A stretch of 48,428 nt of DNA. Origin: Dehalococcoidia bacterium (GTDB lineage: Bacteria > Chloroflexota > Dehalococcoidia > GIF9 > AB-539-J10). The notes below the pieces were generated by a model. It saw nothing but the letters and a program-made list of their open reading frames with translations. It did no database searches and was not told the DNA's origin. Shown piece after piece: positions 10,304-19,092 of the stretch. The stretch covers positions 1 to 48,428 of the forward strand of contig DAOUZA010000003.1 of assembly GCA_030665785.1 (NCBI GenBank), written 5' to 3'. Within the stretch, counting starts at the first letter, position 1, and each line of letters starts with the position of its first letter. A program made the translations under genes and the position numbers.

Positions 10304-11029
10304 ATGGTCACGGTACAATTTAACTTGTTGGGGTTGAGAGATGGTGAGTTGGTATTGGATGCTGGCTGTGGTGAGGGAAGACACTCCTGGGAAGCATGCA
10401 AACAAAATCACTCCACTGTTATTGCTTTCGACATTGATTGGGAGAGCCTTGAAAAAAATAAATACACTCTAGCTCTATTAAAGCAAAAAGGTGAGGTCAA
10501 TAGTAATAGCCATCTACTCCAGGCTGATATAAACAGACTTCCCTTTAAGGATGGTACTTTCAATAGGATTATTTGCTCTGAAGTTTTAGAGCACATACCC
10601 CAAGACCAACAAGCACTCGGGGAACTGATTAGAGTATTAAATAATGATGGTGCAATGGCAGTCAGTGTACCTCATTATTTTGCCGAGTCTATCTGCTGGA
10701 TGCTTTCTAAGGATTACTATGGTTTTCCAGGAGGACACATACGGAGGTATAAGACTCAACAAATTATTGCTCTTCTGCGCTCCAATAGACTCAATATCTA
10801 TGCTATCCGCCGCAACCACGCTCTGCATTCCTTTTACTGGATACTTCGTTGCATGTTCGGAATCAAAAGGAAAAACGCCTTGATTCCTTCGTTATACTAC
10901 AAGTTCCTAACGCTTGATATAGACAACAATCACAGGGCTCGCCGCTGGCTAGAGGATTTCTTTAACCTGATTATTCCTAAAAGCATTGTCATTTACACTC
11001 GGAAAAGGGAACACCCTTCACTACAATAA
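10304..11029 (+). CDS. Class I SAM-dependent methyltransferase
   Basis: VLDAGCGEGRH, LPF..F..IICSEVLEH. Confidence 0.88.
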   Translation: MVTVQFNLLGLRDGELVLDAGCGEGRHSWEACKQNHSTVIAFDIDWESLEKNKYTLALLKQKGEVNSNSHLLQADINRLPFKDGTFNRIICSEVLEHIPQDQQALGELIRVLNNDGAMAVSVPHYFAESICWMLSKDYYGFPGGHIRRYKTQQIIALLRSNRLNIYAIRRNHALHSFYWILRCMFGIKRKNALIPSLYYKFLTLDIDNNHRARRWLEDFFNLIIPKSIVIYTRKREHPSLQ

Positions 11030-11771
11030 TATCTGCTAACGTAGGAAATAAGCGAGCTACCTTGTCTAAAGCTCTCAGAATGCCACTGCGGATTGGCCTG
11101 GGAAGTTTGGAAAGAATGCTGCCCCACCAGGGCATACCCCATAACAAAGATACTCCTTTGATGCTCTTTATTTGAAAGTTGGCCTTCACCAAATCACGGA
11201 GTGATTGATAATCGAACTTATATGTATGGTCAACAGGTAAAACCCAGGGAGTTATTTGTTCTTCAGCTTTCGCCCCAAAAACCACTTTTAACCTGGTAAC
11301 CTTTTTCCCTATACGAAAACCAAGGCTTTCAAAATTGGCTATGGCAATTATCATCTCTCCCCCGGGCTTAAGCACTCTGGAAATTTCCTCCATGGTTTTA
11401 CCTGGTGACATGAAGTGGTCCAGTGCCCCTTTGCACATAACCTTATCGAAGAAGCATGACTTGAATGGCAGAGTCTCTCCCATACCCTGGAATAAAGCTA
11501 CTGTTGTATTAGCTTCGGCAAGCTGCTCCTTAGCGCGGCATAGCATTACCCCAGAAGGCTCAAGACCAATAGTTATAGCTCCATTCTTCGATAGCTCAAC
11601 GGCATCAATAGCTCTACCACACCCTACATCCAATACATATTCACCTTGTTTAGCATTTACTTCCTGAAAGACCAAGTGCGGTGTCTGTCGAAACAAGAAT
11701 TCTAAGTCGGGATATATTGTTGGCGGTACTACACTATCGTCATTCCAGTTTAAATCTAATTTTTCTTCCAT
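10989..11771 (-). CDS. Class I SAM-dependent methyltransferase
   Basis: VLDVGCGRA, GETLPF...FD, RVLKPGG. Confidence 0.85.
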   Translation of the reverse strand: MEEKLDLNWNDDSVVPPTIYPDLEFLFRQTPHLVFQEVNAKQGEYVLDVGCGRAIDAVELSKNGAITIGLEPSGVMLCRAKEQLAEANTTVALFQGMGETLPFKSCFFDKVMCKGALDHFMSPGKTMEEISRVLKPGGEMIIAIANFESLGFRIGKKVTRLKVVFGAKAEEQITPWVLPVDHTYKFDYQSLRDLVKANFQIKSIKGVSLLWGMPWWGSILSKLPRPIRSGILRALDKVARLFPTLADIIVVKGVPFSECK

Positions 11772-11871
11772 ATTTTCCTCGTATTAATATTACCTTATTC
11801 TATCCCTAATATTCTACATGTGGTTTTTGTTATTGCGTTGCGGGATGTTTTAATGTCATAATATTAACGAA

Positions 11872-12876
11872 ATGTCGACGGAGAGAGAAAGGACTGTAGA
11901 CTTAGCCATCGAGCAAATTGAAAGACAATTTGGCAAGGGCTCAATTATGAAATTAGGCGAAGCTTCAGCTAGAGTGCCCGTAGAAGCTATCTCAACTGGT
12001 TCGATAGCCCTTGATTTAGCTCTAGGTGTGGGGGGGATACCTAGAGGGCGAGTTATTGAAATCTTTGGTTCTGAAGGCTCAGGCAAAACTACTCTTGCCC
12101 AACATATAATTGCCGAAGCTCAAAAAGCTGGCGGCACTGCGGCATATATAGATGCTGAACACGCCTTTGACCCTGCATACGCTAATAACTGTGGTGTGCA
12201 GCTTGATGACTTACTTATCTCCCAACCTGATACTGGGGAAGAAGCCTTGGAAATTACTGAGACTCTGGTAAGAAGCGGTGCTATAGATGTAATAGCCATC
12301 GATAGCGTAGCGGCATTAGTGCCTAGAGCAGAGATAGAAGGCGAGATGGGGGATGCCCATGTTGGCCTGCAAGCTAGACTAATGTCTCAAGCATTAAGGA
12401 AATTAGTGGCTGCTATTGGCAAGTCCAAAACAGCAGTGGTATTTATCAATCAATTACGGGAAAAAGTGGGCATTATTTTTGGCAATCCAGAGGTAACGCC
12501 AGGGGGAAGAGCACTGAAATTCTATAGTTCGGTAAGGATAGATTTAAGGAGGGGCGAGGCTATTAAGCAAGGCTCGGAGATAATCGGGACACGTGTTAAG
12601 GCCAGGGTGGTTAAGAACAAGGTAGCTGCCCCATTTCGTCATACTGAATTCGATATAATGTTTAACCATGGGATAAGCAAAGAAGGAGATTTACTTGACC
12701 TTGGAGTGGCAGCAGGTCTAGTAAAGAAACTTGGTGCGTTCTTCAGTTATGGAGAGACAAAACTGGGACAAGGAAGGGAGAATGCCAAGGATTACCTGGA
12801 ACAACATCCTGAAGTTGCTTTGCAGTTGGAACGTGAAATCAGAGCTGCAAATGCTCCTTTAAATATTTCCACTTAA
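11872..12876 (+). CDS. recA: Recombinase RecA
   Basis: [12 protein letters not shown], Walker [43 protein letters not shown]. Confidence 0.99.
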   Translation: MSTERERTVDLAIEQIERQFGKGSIMKLGEASARVPVEAISTGSIALDLALGVGGIPRGRVIEIFGSEGSGKTTLAQHIIAEAQKAGGTAAYIDAEHAFDPAYANNCGVQLDDLLISQPDTGEEALEITETLVRSGAIDVIAIDSVAALVPRAEIEGEMGDAHVGLQARLMSQALRKLVAAIGKSKTAVVFINQLREKVGIIFGNPEVTPGGRALKFYSSVRIDLRRGEAIKQGSEIIGTRVKARVVKNKVAAPFRHTEFDIMFNHGISKEGDLLDLGVAAGLVKKLGAFFSYGETKLGQGRENAKDYLEQHPEVALQLEREIRAANAPLNIST

Positions 12877-12926
12877 TAAAGCTCAGAAATATTTGATGAA
12901 GACTTTGCCTAGCTGGAAGGGTCTAT

Positions 12927-13403
12927 ATGGTAGGCAATAAGGATCCTCTTCAGCATTGCATCGATTTAGCTTATCGGTATCTTAGTTACCGTCCTCGCAG
13001 TGAAGCTGAGATAAGGCAGCGCCTCAGACTACGCAGTTTTAATGGCCGTATAGTGGAAAAAGCAATCGCAAAACTTAAACAGCAAAATTTAATCGATGAT
13101 GTTGCCTTTGCACAGTTTTGGAGGGACAATCGTTTATCTTTTAAGCCCAAGAGTAAAAGGTTAATAATGAAGGAATTAAGGGACAAAAAGATAGCTCCGG
13201 AAGTCATCGAACAGGTAACTCAGGACATAGACGACGAGGCCAATGCTTATAAGCTAGGTTTCAGTCGAATGCATGCCCTTTCCCATTTAGATTACTCAGA
13301 CTTCCAGCAACGTCTATCCCGCTATCTTAGTTATCGTGGCTTTAGCTATGAGGTTGTTAAGCACGCAATAACTCTTCTATGGCAAGAAAGAGAACATCGT
13401 TGA
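12927..13403 (+). CDS. recX: RecA regulator RecX
   Basis: YLSYRPRSEAEI, IDDVAFA, YLSYRGF; directly after recA. Confidence 0.92.
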   Translation: MVGNKDPLQHCIDLAYRYLSYRPRSEAEIRQRLRLRSFNGRIVEKAIAKLKQQNLIDDVAFAQFWRDNRLSFKPKSKRLIMKELRDKKIAPEVIEQVTQDIDDEANAYKLGFSRMHALSHLDYSDFQQRLSRYLSYRGFSYEVVKHAITLLWQEREHR

Positions 13404-13416
13404 CCTCAGTATCGAG

Positions 13417-13566
13417 ATGATAGACTGGAGTTTAGTGGCAAAAATTGCTGGTGGTGGTTTTGGAGTAACCATCTTAATTTTGACAATCTTGTGCCTGATA
13501 ATATGGTTAATGGGACTCTTGATACAAAGAAGAACCACTAAGAATAATGACAAGCGGCCCTCATAA
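13417..13566 (+). CDS. Small single-TM OadG-like (gamma/delta) subunit of a Na+-translocating decarboxylase; not in ORF track
   Basis: Manual translation MIDWSLVAKIAGGGFGVTILILTILCLIIWLMGLLIQRRTTKNNDKRPS (49 aa); immediately upstream of oadB. Confidence 0.7.
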   Translation: MIDWSLVAKIAGGGFGVTILILTILCLIIWLMGLLIQRRTTKNNDKRPS

Positions 13567-13600
13567 ATCAAGCTATTTTAAGTTAGGATATTTGACTTAA

Positions 13601-14776
13601 ATGTTTGGCTTATATCAAACAGCTTTCGGTATGCTCACCTGGGGCAACATCATAATGATTTTTATTGGAGGTGGGCTTATTTATCTCGGCATTGCCAGGA
13701 AAATGGAGCCTGTTTTGTTAGTGCCCATAGGCATAGGCATTATGATGGTTAACATTCCTATGAGCGGGTTGATGGTTTATGCTCCGGCAGAGCCTGGCGC
13801 TGTCCCTTTGCCAGCATCAGGTGGATTAAATGAAATAGCTGAGGGGAAAATAGGACTTTTAAATTTACTCTACCATTATGGGATAGGAAGTGAGGTAATT
13901 CCTTTGCTTATCTTTCTTGGTATTGGCGCTATGTCAGATTTTTCGTCAGCCATAGCTCGTCCCATATCCTTCCTATTTGGTGCTACAGCGCAACTGGGAG
14001 TTTTTGTCGTTTTTCTTATCGCTTATTTCACTGGGCTGTTTACTATGAGTGAAGCTGCTTGTGTAGGTATTATTGGAGGTTCTGACGGTCCACCCACTGT
14101 TTACCTTACTGTAGCCAAAGCTCCCCAACTACTGGGGCCCATCACGCTGGTAGCCTACTCCTATATGGCTTTAGTTCCTATACTTCAACCGCCGGTAATA
14201 AGGTTGCTCACTTCAAAGAGGGAGCGAGAGATATATATGAAGCCTCAAGTTCGGGAGGTTTCCAGGCTAGAAAGGATTATTTTCCCTATAACCGTCTTTA
14301 TAATTGCTGCCCTGCTTGTTCCTAAGTCGACACCTCTTATAGGCATGCTCATGTTTGGCAATTTGCTTTTGGTTAGCGGTGTGACTGATAGGTTGGCAGC
14401 ATCAGCAGGTGGTGTGTTTGTAGACGTGTTGACATTTCTCCTAGGTCTAACCATTGGAGCCTTGATGCCAGCCGCGGTATTTCTTAATGTTAAAACCTTG
14501 GCTATTATTGGCTTAGCTGTGGTTGCTTTTGCACTAGGTACTGCCGGGGGAATTTGGGGAGCGAAAATAGCCAATTTATTCTTGAAGGAGAAAATTAACC
14601 CGCTTATCGGTGCTGCTGGCGTTTCAGCAGTTCCTATGGCCGCCAGGGTGGCTCAGGTAGAAGGGCAAAAGGCAAACCCCAGAAACTTTTTACTAATGCA
14701 TGCCATGGGTCCTAATATGGCAGGTGCTATCGCTACCTCAGTAGTTGCTGGCATATTTATGTCTATGGTTCCTTGA
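13601..14776 (+). CDS. oadB: Sodium ion-translocating decarboxylase beta subunit (OadB/GcdB/MmdB)
   Basis: EPVLLVPIGIG, IIGGSDGP, AYSYMALVP, GVSAVPMAARV, HAMGPN. Confidence 0.93.
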   Translation: MFGLYQTAFGMLTWGNIIMIFIGGGLIYLGIARKMEPVLLVPIGIGIMMVNIPMSGLMVYAPAEPGAVPLPASGGLNEIAEGKIGLLNLLYHYGIGSEVIPLLIFLGIGAMSDFSSAIARPISFLFGATAQLGVFVVFLIAYFTGLFTMSEAACVGIIGGSDGPPTVYLTVAKAPQLLGPITLVAYSYMALVPILQPPVIRLLTSKREREIYMKPQVREVSRLERIIFPITVFIIAALLVPKSTPLIGMLMFGNLLLVSGVTDRLAASAGGVFVDVLTFLLGLTIGALMPAAVFLNVKTLAIIGLAVVAFALGTAGGIWGAKIANLFLKEKINPLIGAAGVSAVPMAARVAQVEGQKANPRNFLLMHAMGPNMAGAIATSVVAGIFMSMVP

Positions 14777-14816
14777 ATGGGCTTCTTAGCTTCAGTTTAA
14801 CTAGCTAGCTTATGGT

Positions 14817-14846
14817 TTGACACTTTCTCCCTGCAAAGGTTATATT
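14817..14846 (+). promoter_or_regulatory. sigma70-type promoter upstream of tRNA-Ile
   Basis: TTGACA 14817-14822, 18-bp spacer, TATATT 14841-14846. Confidence 0.6.
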
Positions 14847-14866
14847 AATTAATAAGTATGAGCAAA

Positions 14867-14943
14867 GGGCCATTAGCTCAGTTGGTTAGAGCACGGTCCT
14901 GATAAGACCGGGGTCTGTGGTTCGAGTCCACAATGGCCCACCA
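14867..14943 (+). tRNA. tRNA-Ile(GAT), CCA encoded
   Basis: Acceptor GGGCCAT/ATGGCCC, D-arm TAGCTCAGTTGGTTAGAGC, anticodon arm CGGTC-CTGATAA-GACCG, T-loop GGTTCGAGTCC. Confidence 0.97.
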
Positions 14944-15053
14944 CTTAGTGTAGTTTTTAGTAAAATAGAGGAGGATATAAGGGAGAGTGGAGAATGGAAA
15001 TGTTAAATTTTGCGAGGCGTGATGCTAAACGGGACATTCTCTAGTTCAGACCT

Positions 15054-17240
15054 ATGAAGAGCAATATTGATGTATTTGAACAAGCAGTAATTCGGGCTGA
15101 GAAGCTAAGTCAAGTAGCAAGGAAAGCTGCTGAAGAATCAGCTAAGGTATCTCAAGATGCTGTAACCCGAGCTGAGGAAATTAGCCAAGCGGCTATAGAG
15201 ACCGTTGAGGAAGCAAAGAGAGCATCCCAAGATGCTATAACCCGAGCTGAGGAAATTAGCCAAGCGGCTATGAAAGCCGCCCAAGCATCAATAAAAGCAT
15301 CTCAGGAAGCAATAAGTAAGACTGAAGCATCAGCAGGGGCATTTGAAGAAATAGTAAGCAAGGTTGAAGCATCAGCCAAACTAGTCAAAGATGCCACTGA
15401 AGCATCAGTAAAAGCATCTCAGGAAAGAATAAGCAAGGCTGAGGAAATAAGCCGTGCCACCATGAAAGCCTCTAAGCAAGCAGAAAAAGCATCCCTGGAA
15501 GCCGTGAATAAGATTGAAGAAGTAAGTGGTACAGCTATAGAAGTCGCCGAGGAGGCACGGAGAACATCACAGGAAGCGGTAACTAAAGCCGAAAAAGTAA
15601 GTCAAGAAGCTATAGAGACTGTTGGAGAATCAATAAAAGCATCACAAGAAGCAATAAGCAAGAGTGAAGCATCGATTAAGCTAGCTACGGAAGCTGCAAA
15701 GGCGTCGCAAAGGACATTTGAGGAAGCAATAAACAGAGCTGACGAAGTAAGTAAAACGGCTATGGAGGCTACAGAAGCAGCATCGAGGGTGTTTCAAGAG
15801 GCCATAGGCAGAGCTGATAAGGTAAGCAAAACAGCCATGGAGACTACCACGGCGACAGCAAGAGCATCACAAAAAGCAATAAGCAAAGCTGAAGAAATAA
15901 GCCAGGTAGCTTGGGGAGCGGCTGAAGAGGCAAAAAGGGTGTCTCACGAAACGATGAATAGAGCCGAGAAGGTAAGCCAAGCAGCCAAGGAAACCGCTGA
16001 GGAAGCAAAGAAACTGTCTCAAGAAGCAACAAGCAAAGCTGAAGAAATAAGCCAGGTAGCTTGGGGAGCGGCTGAAGAGGCAAAAAGGGTGTCTCACGAA
16101 ACGATGAGTAGAGCCGAGAAGATGAGCCAAGCAGCTAAGGAAACGTCTGAGGAGGCAAAGAAACTGTCTCAAGAGGCAATAAGCAAAGCTGAGAAGATAA
16201 GCCAAACAGCCACAGAGGCACAGAAAGTATCTCAGGAGACACTAAGCAAGGTTGAACAAATAGGACAAACAGCTACAGAAGCTGCTGGAGAGGCAAGGAG
16301 AGTATCCCAAGAGGCAGAGAACAAAACTGAAGAATTGATTAAATCAGCAAGTAAAGCTGAAGAAGTAAGTAAAACAGCACAGGAAACTGTTGAAACATCT
16401 GCAAAAGCATCTCGGGAAGCGGTGAGTAAAGCTACGAAGGTAAGCAAAGCAGCTATGGAGACTGCTGAAGCATCAGCAAGGGTATTTGAAGAAGCAATGA
16501 GTATGGCTGACAGAGTAAGCAAAGAAGCCAAGGAGATTTCTGAAGCATCAGCAAGAGCAGCTCAGGAGGCAACAGGAAGAGCCGAGGAAATAAGTCAATC
16601 AGCCAAAGAATCTGCCGAAGAGGCAAAGCGAGCATCCTTAGAATCAGCAAACAAAGTTAAGCAAATAAGTCAAGCTATCATAAAGAGCAATGATGAGGCG
16701 AAGAAAGCATCTCAAGAAGCAGTAAGCGAAGCAGAGGAAATAGGCAAGATAGCTAGAGAAAAAGCTGATGAAGCGAAAAAAGCCTCTCAGGAAGCTATAA
16801 ATAAGGCTGGAAAAATAAGCGAAACGGCTAAAGAAGCTGTTGGAAAATCTACACAAGCAGCCAGGGAAGCTGTAATCGCCTCGGTAAAGGCATTCGAGGA
16901 GACAATCAACAGAGCGGAGGAAATAAGCAAATCAGCCAAGAGAGCTGCGATGGCATCAATGCAAATATTTGAGGAGGCAATAAGTAAAGTCGCTGAAGAA
17001 AGCGAGCGAGCTGAAGGGATTGCCGAGTTGCCATCAAAGATGTTTGAGGAAGCGATAAGCGAGGTTGAAATCAGCGAGGAAGAAGAGGAGAAGAAGCCAG
17101 TGAAGCCTAGCAAGGAAATCGAAACGCGTTTGAACCTCCTGGCTAAAATGTATGCTTCAAATAAAGATAAGTATGTTGAGGAAGTTGAAGAAACCGAGGA
17201 GGAAACCCTCGAAGCAAATGATGGGATAGAGGAGGATTAG
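15054..17240 (+). CDS. Uncharacterised 728-aa A/E/K/S-rich repetitive helical (coiled-coil-like) protein with 25-aa repeats and an acidic tail
   Basis: Recurring unit SQEAISKAEEISQAAxExAEEAKKA; no Cys; no Pro until about residue 660; no TM or signal peptide. Confidence 0.8.
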   Translation: MKSNIDVFEQAVIRAEKLSQVARKAAEESAKVSQDAVTRAEEISQAAIETVEEAKRASQDAITRAEEISQAAMKAAQASIKASQEAISKTEASAGAFEEIVSKVEASAKLVKDATEASVKASQERISKAEEISRATMKASKQAEKASLEAVNKIEEVSGTAIEVAEEARRTSQEAVTKAEKVSQEAIETVGESIKASQEAISKSEASIKLATEAAKASQRTFEEAINRADEVSKTAMEATEAASRVFQEAIGRADKVSKTAMETTTATARASQKAISKAEEISQVAWGAAEEAKRVSHETMNRAEKVSQAAKETAEEAKKLSQEATSKAEEISQVAWGAAEEAKRVSHETMSRAEKMSQAAKETSEEAKKLSQEAISKAEKISQTATEAQKVSQETLSKVEQIGQTATEAAGEARRVSQEAENKTEELIKSASKAEEVSKTAQETVETSAKASREAVSKATKVSKAAMETAEASARVFEEAMSMADRVSKEAKEISEASARAAQEATGRAEEISQSAKESAEEAKRASLESANKVKQISQAIIKSNDEAKKASQEAVSEAEEIGKIAREKADEAKKASQEAINKAGKISETAKEAVGKSTQAAREAVIASVKAFEETINRAEEISKSAKRAAMASMQIFEEAISKVAEESERAEGIAELPSKMFEEAISEVEISEEEEEKKPVKPSKEIETRLNLLAKMYASNKDKYVEEVEETEEETLEANDGIEED
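15881..16190 (+). repeat. 150-bp near-perfect tandem duplication inside the 728-aa gene
   Basis: AAGCAAAGCTGAAGAAATAAGCCAGGTAGCTTGGGGAGCG... starts at 15881 and 16031; AAGCAAAGCTGA recurs at 16181. Confidence 0.92.
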
Positions 17241-17351
17241 GGAAAAACAAGGTTACATGGGCAATAAAAGTGGAATTATTTCGGTGTTGGCAGCTAGATA
17301 GACAAAAATTAATAAAATAATATAAGGTATAGAAGATAAAGGAGGAATATT

Positions 17352-17849
17352 ATGGTAGACCCAGAAAAGCGAGTTTCCCCTAATGAGGCAGATGAGGAGG
17401 AAACTGGGCAGAAAACGAAGAAAGTTTCCCAAAAACCCAAACAGGCTATAGAATCCCTTGCTGAAATTCAACAGCGTGCCATGGCAGCTTACGCTGCTTA
17501 TGCTGAGGCGGAACGTCAAGTACAACAAGCCTATAAGGAGCAAGAACAACAAATAGAGAGAGTTTATGAAGACACTAAGCAACAAGCTGCAAAGGTTTGC
17601 GAAGAAAGCATAGTGCAGTCATTGAAAATACGTGATGAAGCTAAACAGCAAGCTGCAAAGGCTTGCGAAGAAAGCATGGCTCAAGCACTAAAAGTTCGCC
17701 AAGAAGCTGAACAACAAGCTAGCAAGGTTTGTGAAGAAAGTATAGCTCAGACATTAAAAATCCGTGAGGAAACTGAACAACAAGCCTGGGAAACCCACAG
17801 TGAAGCTATAGAAAGAACATGGCAGGTCTTTACCAAGAGCACAAAATAA
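17352..17849 (+). CDS. Uncharacterised 165-aa helical protein with three 22-aa repeats, each with one Cys
   Basis: SD AAGGAGG; QQAAKVCEESIVQSLKIRDEAK / QQAAKACEESMAQALKVRQEAE / QQASKVCEESIAQTLKIREETE. Confidence 0.8.
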   Translation: MVDPEKRVSPNEADEEETGQKTKKVSQKPKQAIESLAEIQQRAMAAYAAYAEAERQVQQAYKEQEQQIERVYEDTKQQAAKVCEESIVQSLKIRDEAKQQAAKACEESMAQALKVRQEAEQQASKVCEESIAQTLKIREETEQQAWETHSEAIERTWQVFTKSTK

Positions 17850-17911
17850 GAAAAAACAGGCGCGTTTCTCTGGTTAGTGTGATAAAGCTAATATATTAAG
17901 CCTTTTGTGAA

Positions 17912-19084
17912 TTATAGTAACACAGGGATGTCATTAAAGATTTCTTCGAGTTCTCTGCCACCATATTGTAATCCCTGTCTTGCCTTTATAGCGGAGATTA
18001 AGTCAATCGCTTTGGTGAAGTAATTCGTCACTTTCCCTAGAGCGCCAAAATCAGACAGAATTACAGCAACGTCTACCGATTTTTTTTGCCTAGGATAATC
18101 CCCGCTTCGTATTAAAGCATTCGGGGCTACAGCCTTTAAATTGTCTCCAAGATCCTTGATTATGTCCATATTCATCTCACCAGGCGGGGCAGAAATAAGG
18201 TAGAGAGCTCTTCTCGCACCTTTAGGATCGCATGTGAGTGATAACTCAGTTAAGGCTTTATCCATGGCATGGGCTCCCTTATTGGTCTCAGTTACCTTGT
18301 CCCTGAAATGATTTTTCTTTCCAAGGGGGAGTTTCCTCTGCCGAATTAACGATTTACCTGTGCCAATCGCTGTCCATCCTGCCAAGGTCTGTATTATATC
18401 TCCGGCATCAAGCACCCTTGACCCGATATACTTTGGCTTTGTCTCCTCACCGGCGCAAAGTAGATTGTAAAAAGGTTCAACCAGGCGAGCATTGATCCTC
18501 GCCAGATTTTCTGCAATGGAAGAATCTTTCTTGATATACCTCTGGTTATCAACAAGAATTATAGCGTCGGCTACTAAGTATACCGATTTAAGGCAAATAG
18601 CAGTGTTGTAAATAGTTCTGCTTTCAGTTGTTTCTTCCTGGCGAAAAGGGAGAGCGATGAGGTTATAAACCGGCTTACCAACATAGCGCTCTTTTAACAG
18701 TCGGGTTAATACCCCTATTGAGCCTGACCCTGTACCACCAGCAGCACCAGCAATCAATAAGAAACCATCTGCCTCAGGGAATTGCTCTGCTGTTCTTATG
18801 GCATCTATAATCTTGTCGCCATCTTCCCTTGCTATTTCAGCACCGAGTTCACTTATCTTACCTACTCCGTGTCCTTCGGTCTTCCGCCCCCCAACAACAA
18901 TCCTGTGTCTATAATCAGGTTTGATGTTGGATAGTCCGCTCAAATCAGCAATATCAGTATTGACAGCGAAGGCACCGGCAATCACATTAAGCCCTCGCAC
19001 AACCTGCGCTCTCTTATTAAGCCAGGCAAACCTATCTACAATTCTCCCACCACATTGACCTAAACCTATAACTATTAACTTCAT
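17912..19084 (-). CDS. Tubulin/FtsZ superfamily GTPase, CetZ-like
   Basis: GLGQCGGRI, AVNTD..DL.GL, GHGVG...ELGAEIA, GAAGGTGSG signature, VDN, AGE...VLDAGDIIQTLAG, RSGDYP. Confidence 0.88.
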   Translation of the reverse strand: MKLIVIGLGQCGGRIVDRFAWLNKRAQVVRGLNVIAGAFAVNTDIADLSGLSNIKPDYRHRIVVGGRKTEGHGVGKISELGAEIAREDGDKIIDAIRTAEQFPEADGFLLIAGAAGGTGSGSIGVLTRLLKERYVGKPVYNLIALPFRQEETTESRTIYNTAICLKSVYLVADAIILVDNQRYIKKDSSIAENLARINARLVEPFYNLLCAGEETKPKYIGSRVLDAGDIIQTLAGWTAIGTGKSLIRQRKLPLGKKNHFRDKVTETNKGAHAMDKALTELSLTCDPKGARRALYLISAPPGEMNMDIIKDLGDNLKAVAPNALIRSGDYPRQKKSVDVAVILSDFGALGKVTNYFTKAIDLISAIKARQGLQYGGRELEEIFNDIPVLL

Positions 19085-19092
19085 TTGATTTT

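Noticed and set aside
11772-11871. LexA/SOS box upstream of recA
   Set aside because: No GAAC-N4-GTTC or CTGT-N8-ACAG match found
15054-17240. Methyl-accepting chemotaxis protein, phage tape measure or SMC protein
   Set aside because: No MCP hairpin motif (LLALNAAIEAARAG), no TM segments, no Walker motifs and no phage genes nearby
17912-19084. Canonical ftsZ
   Set aside because: Lacks the GGGGGN and NLDFAD motifs and the FtsZ C-terminal peptide; not in a dcw context
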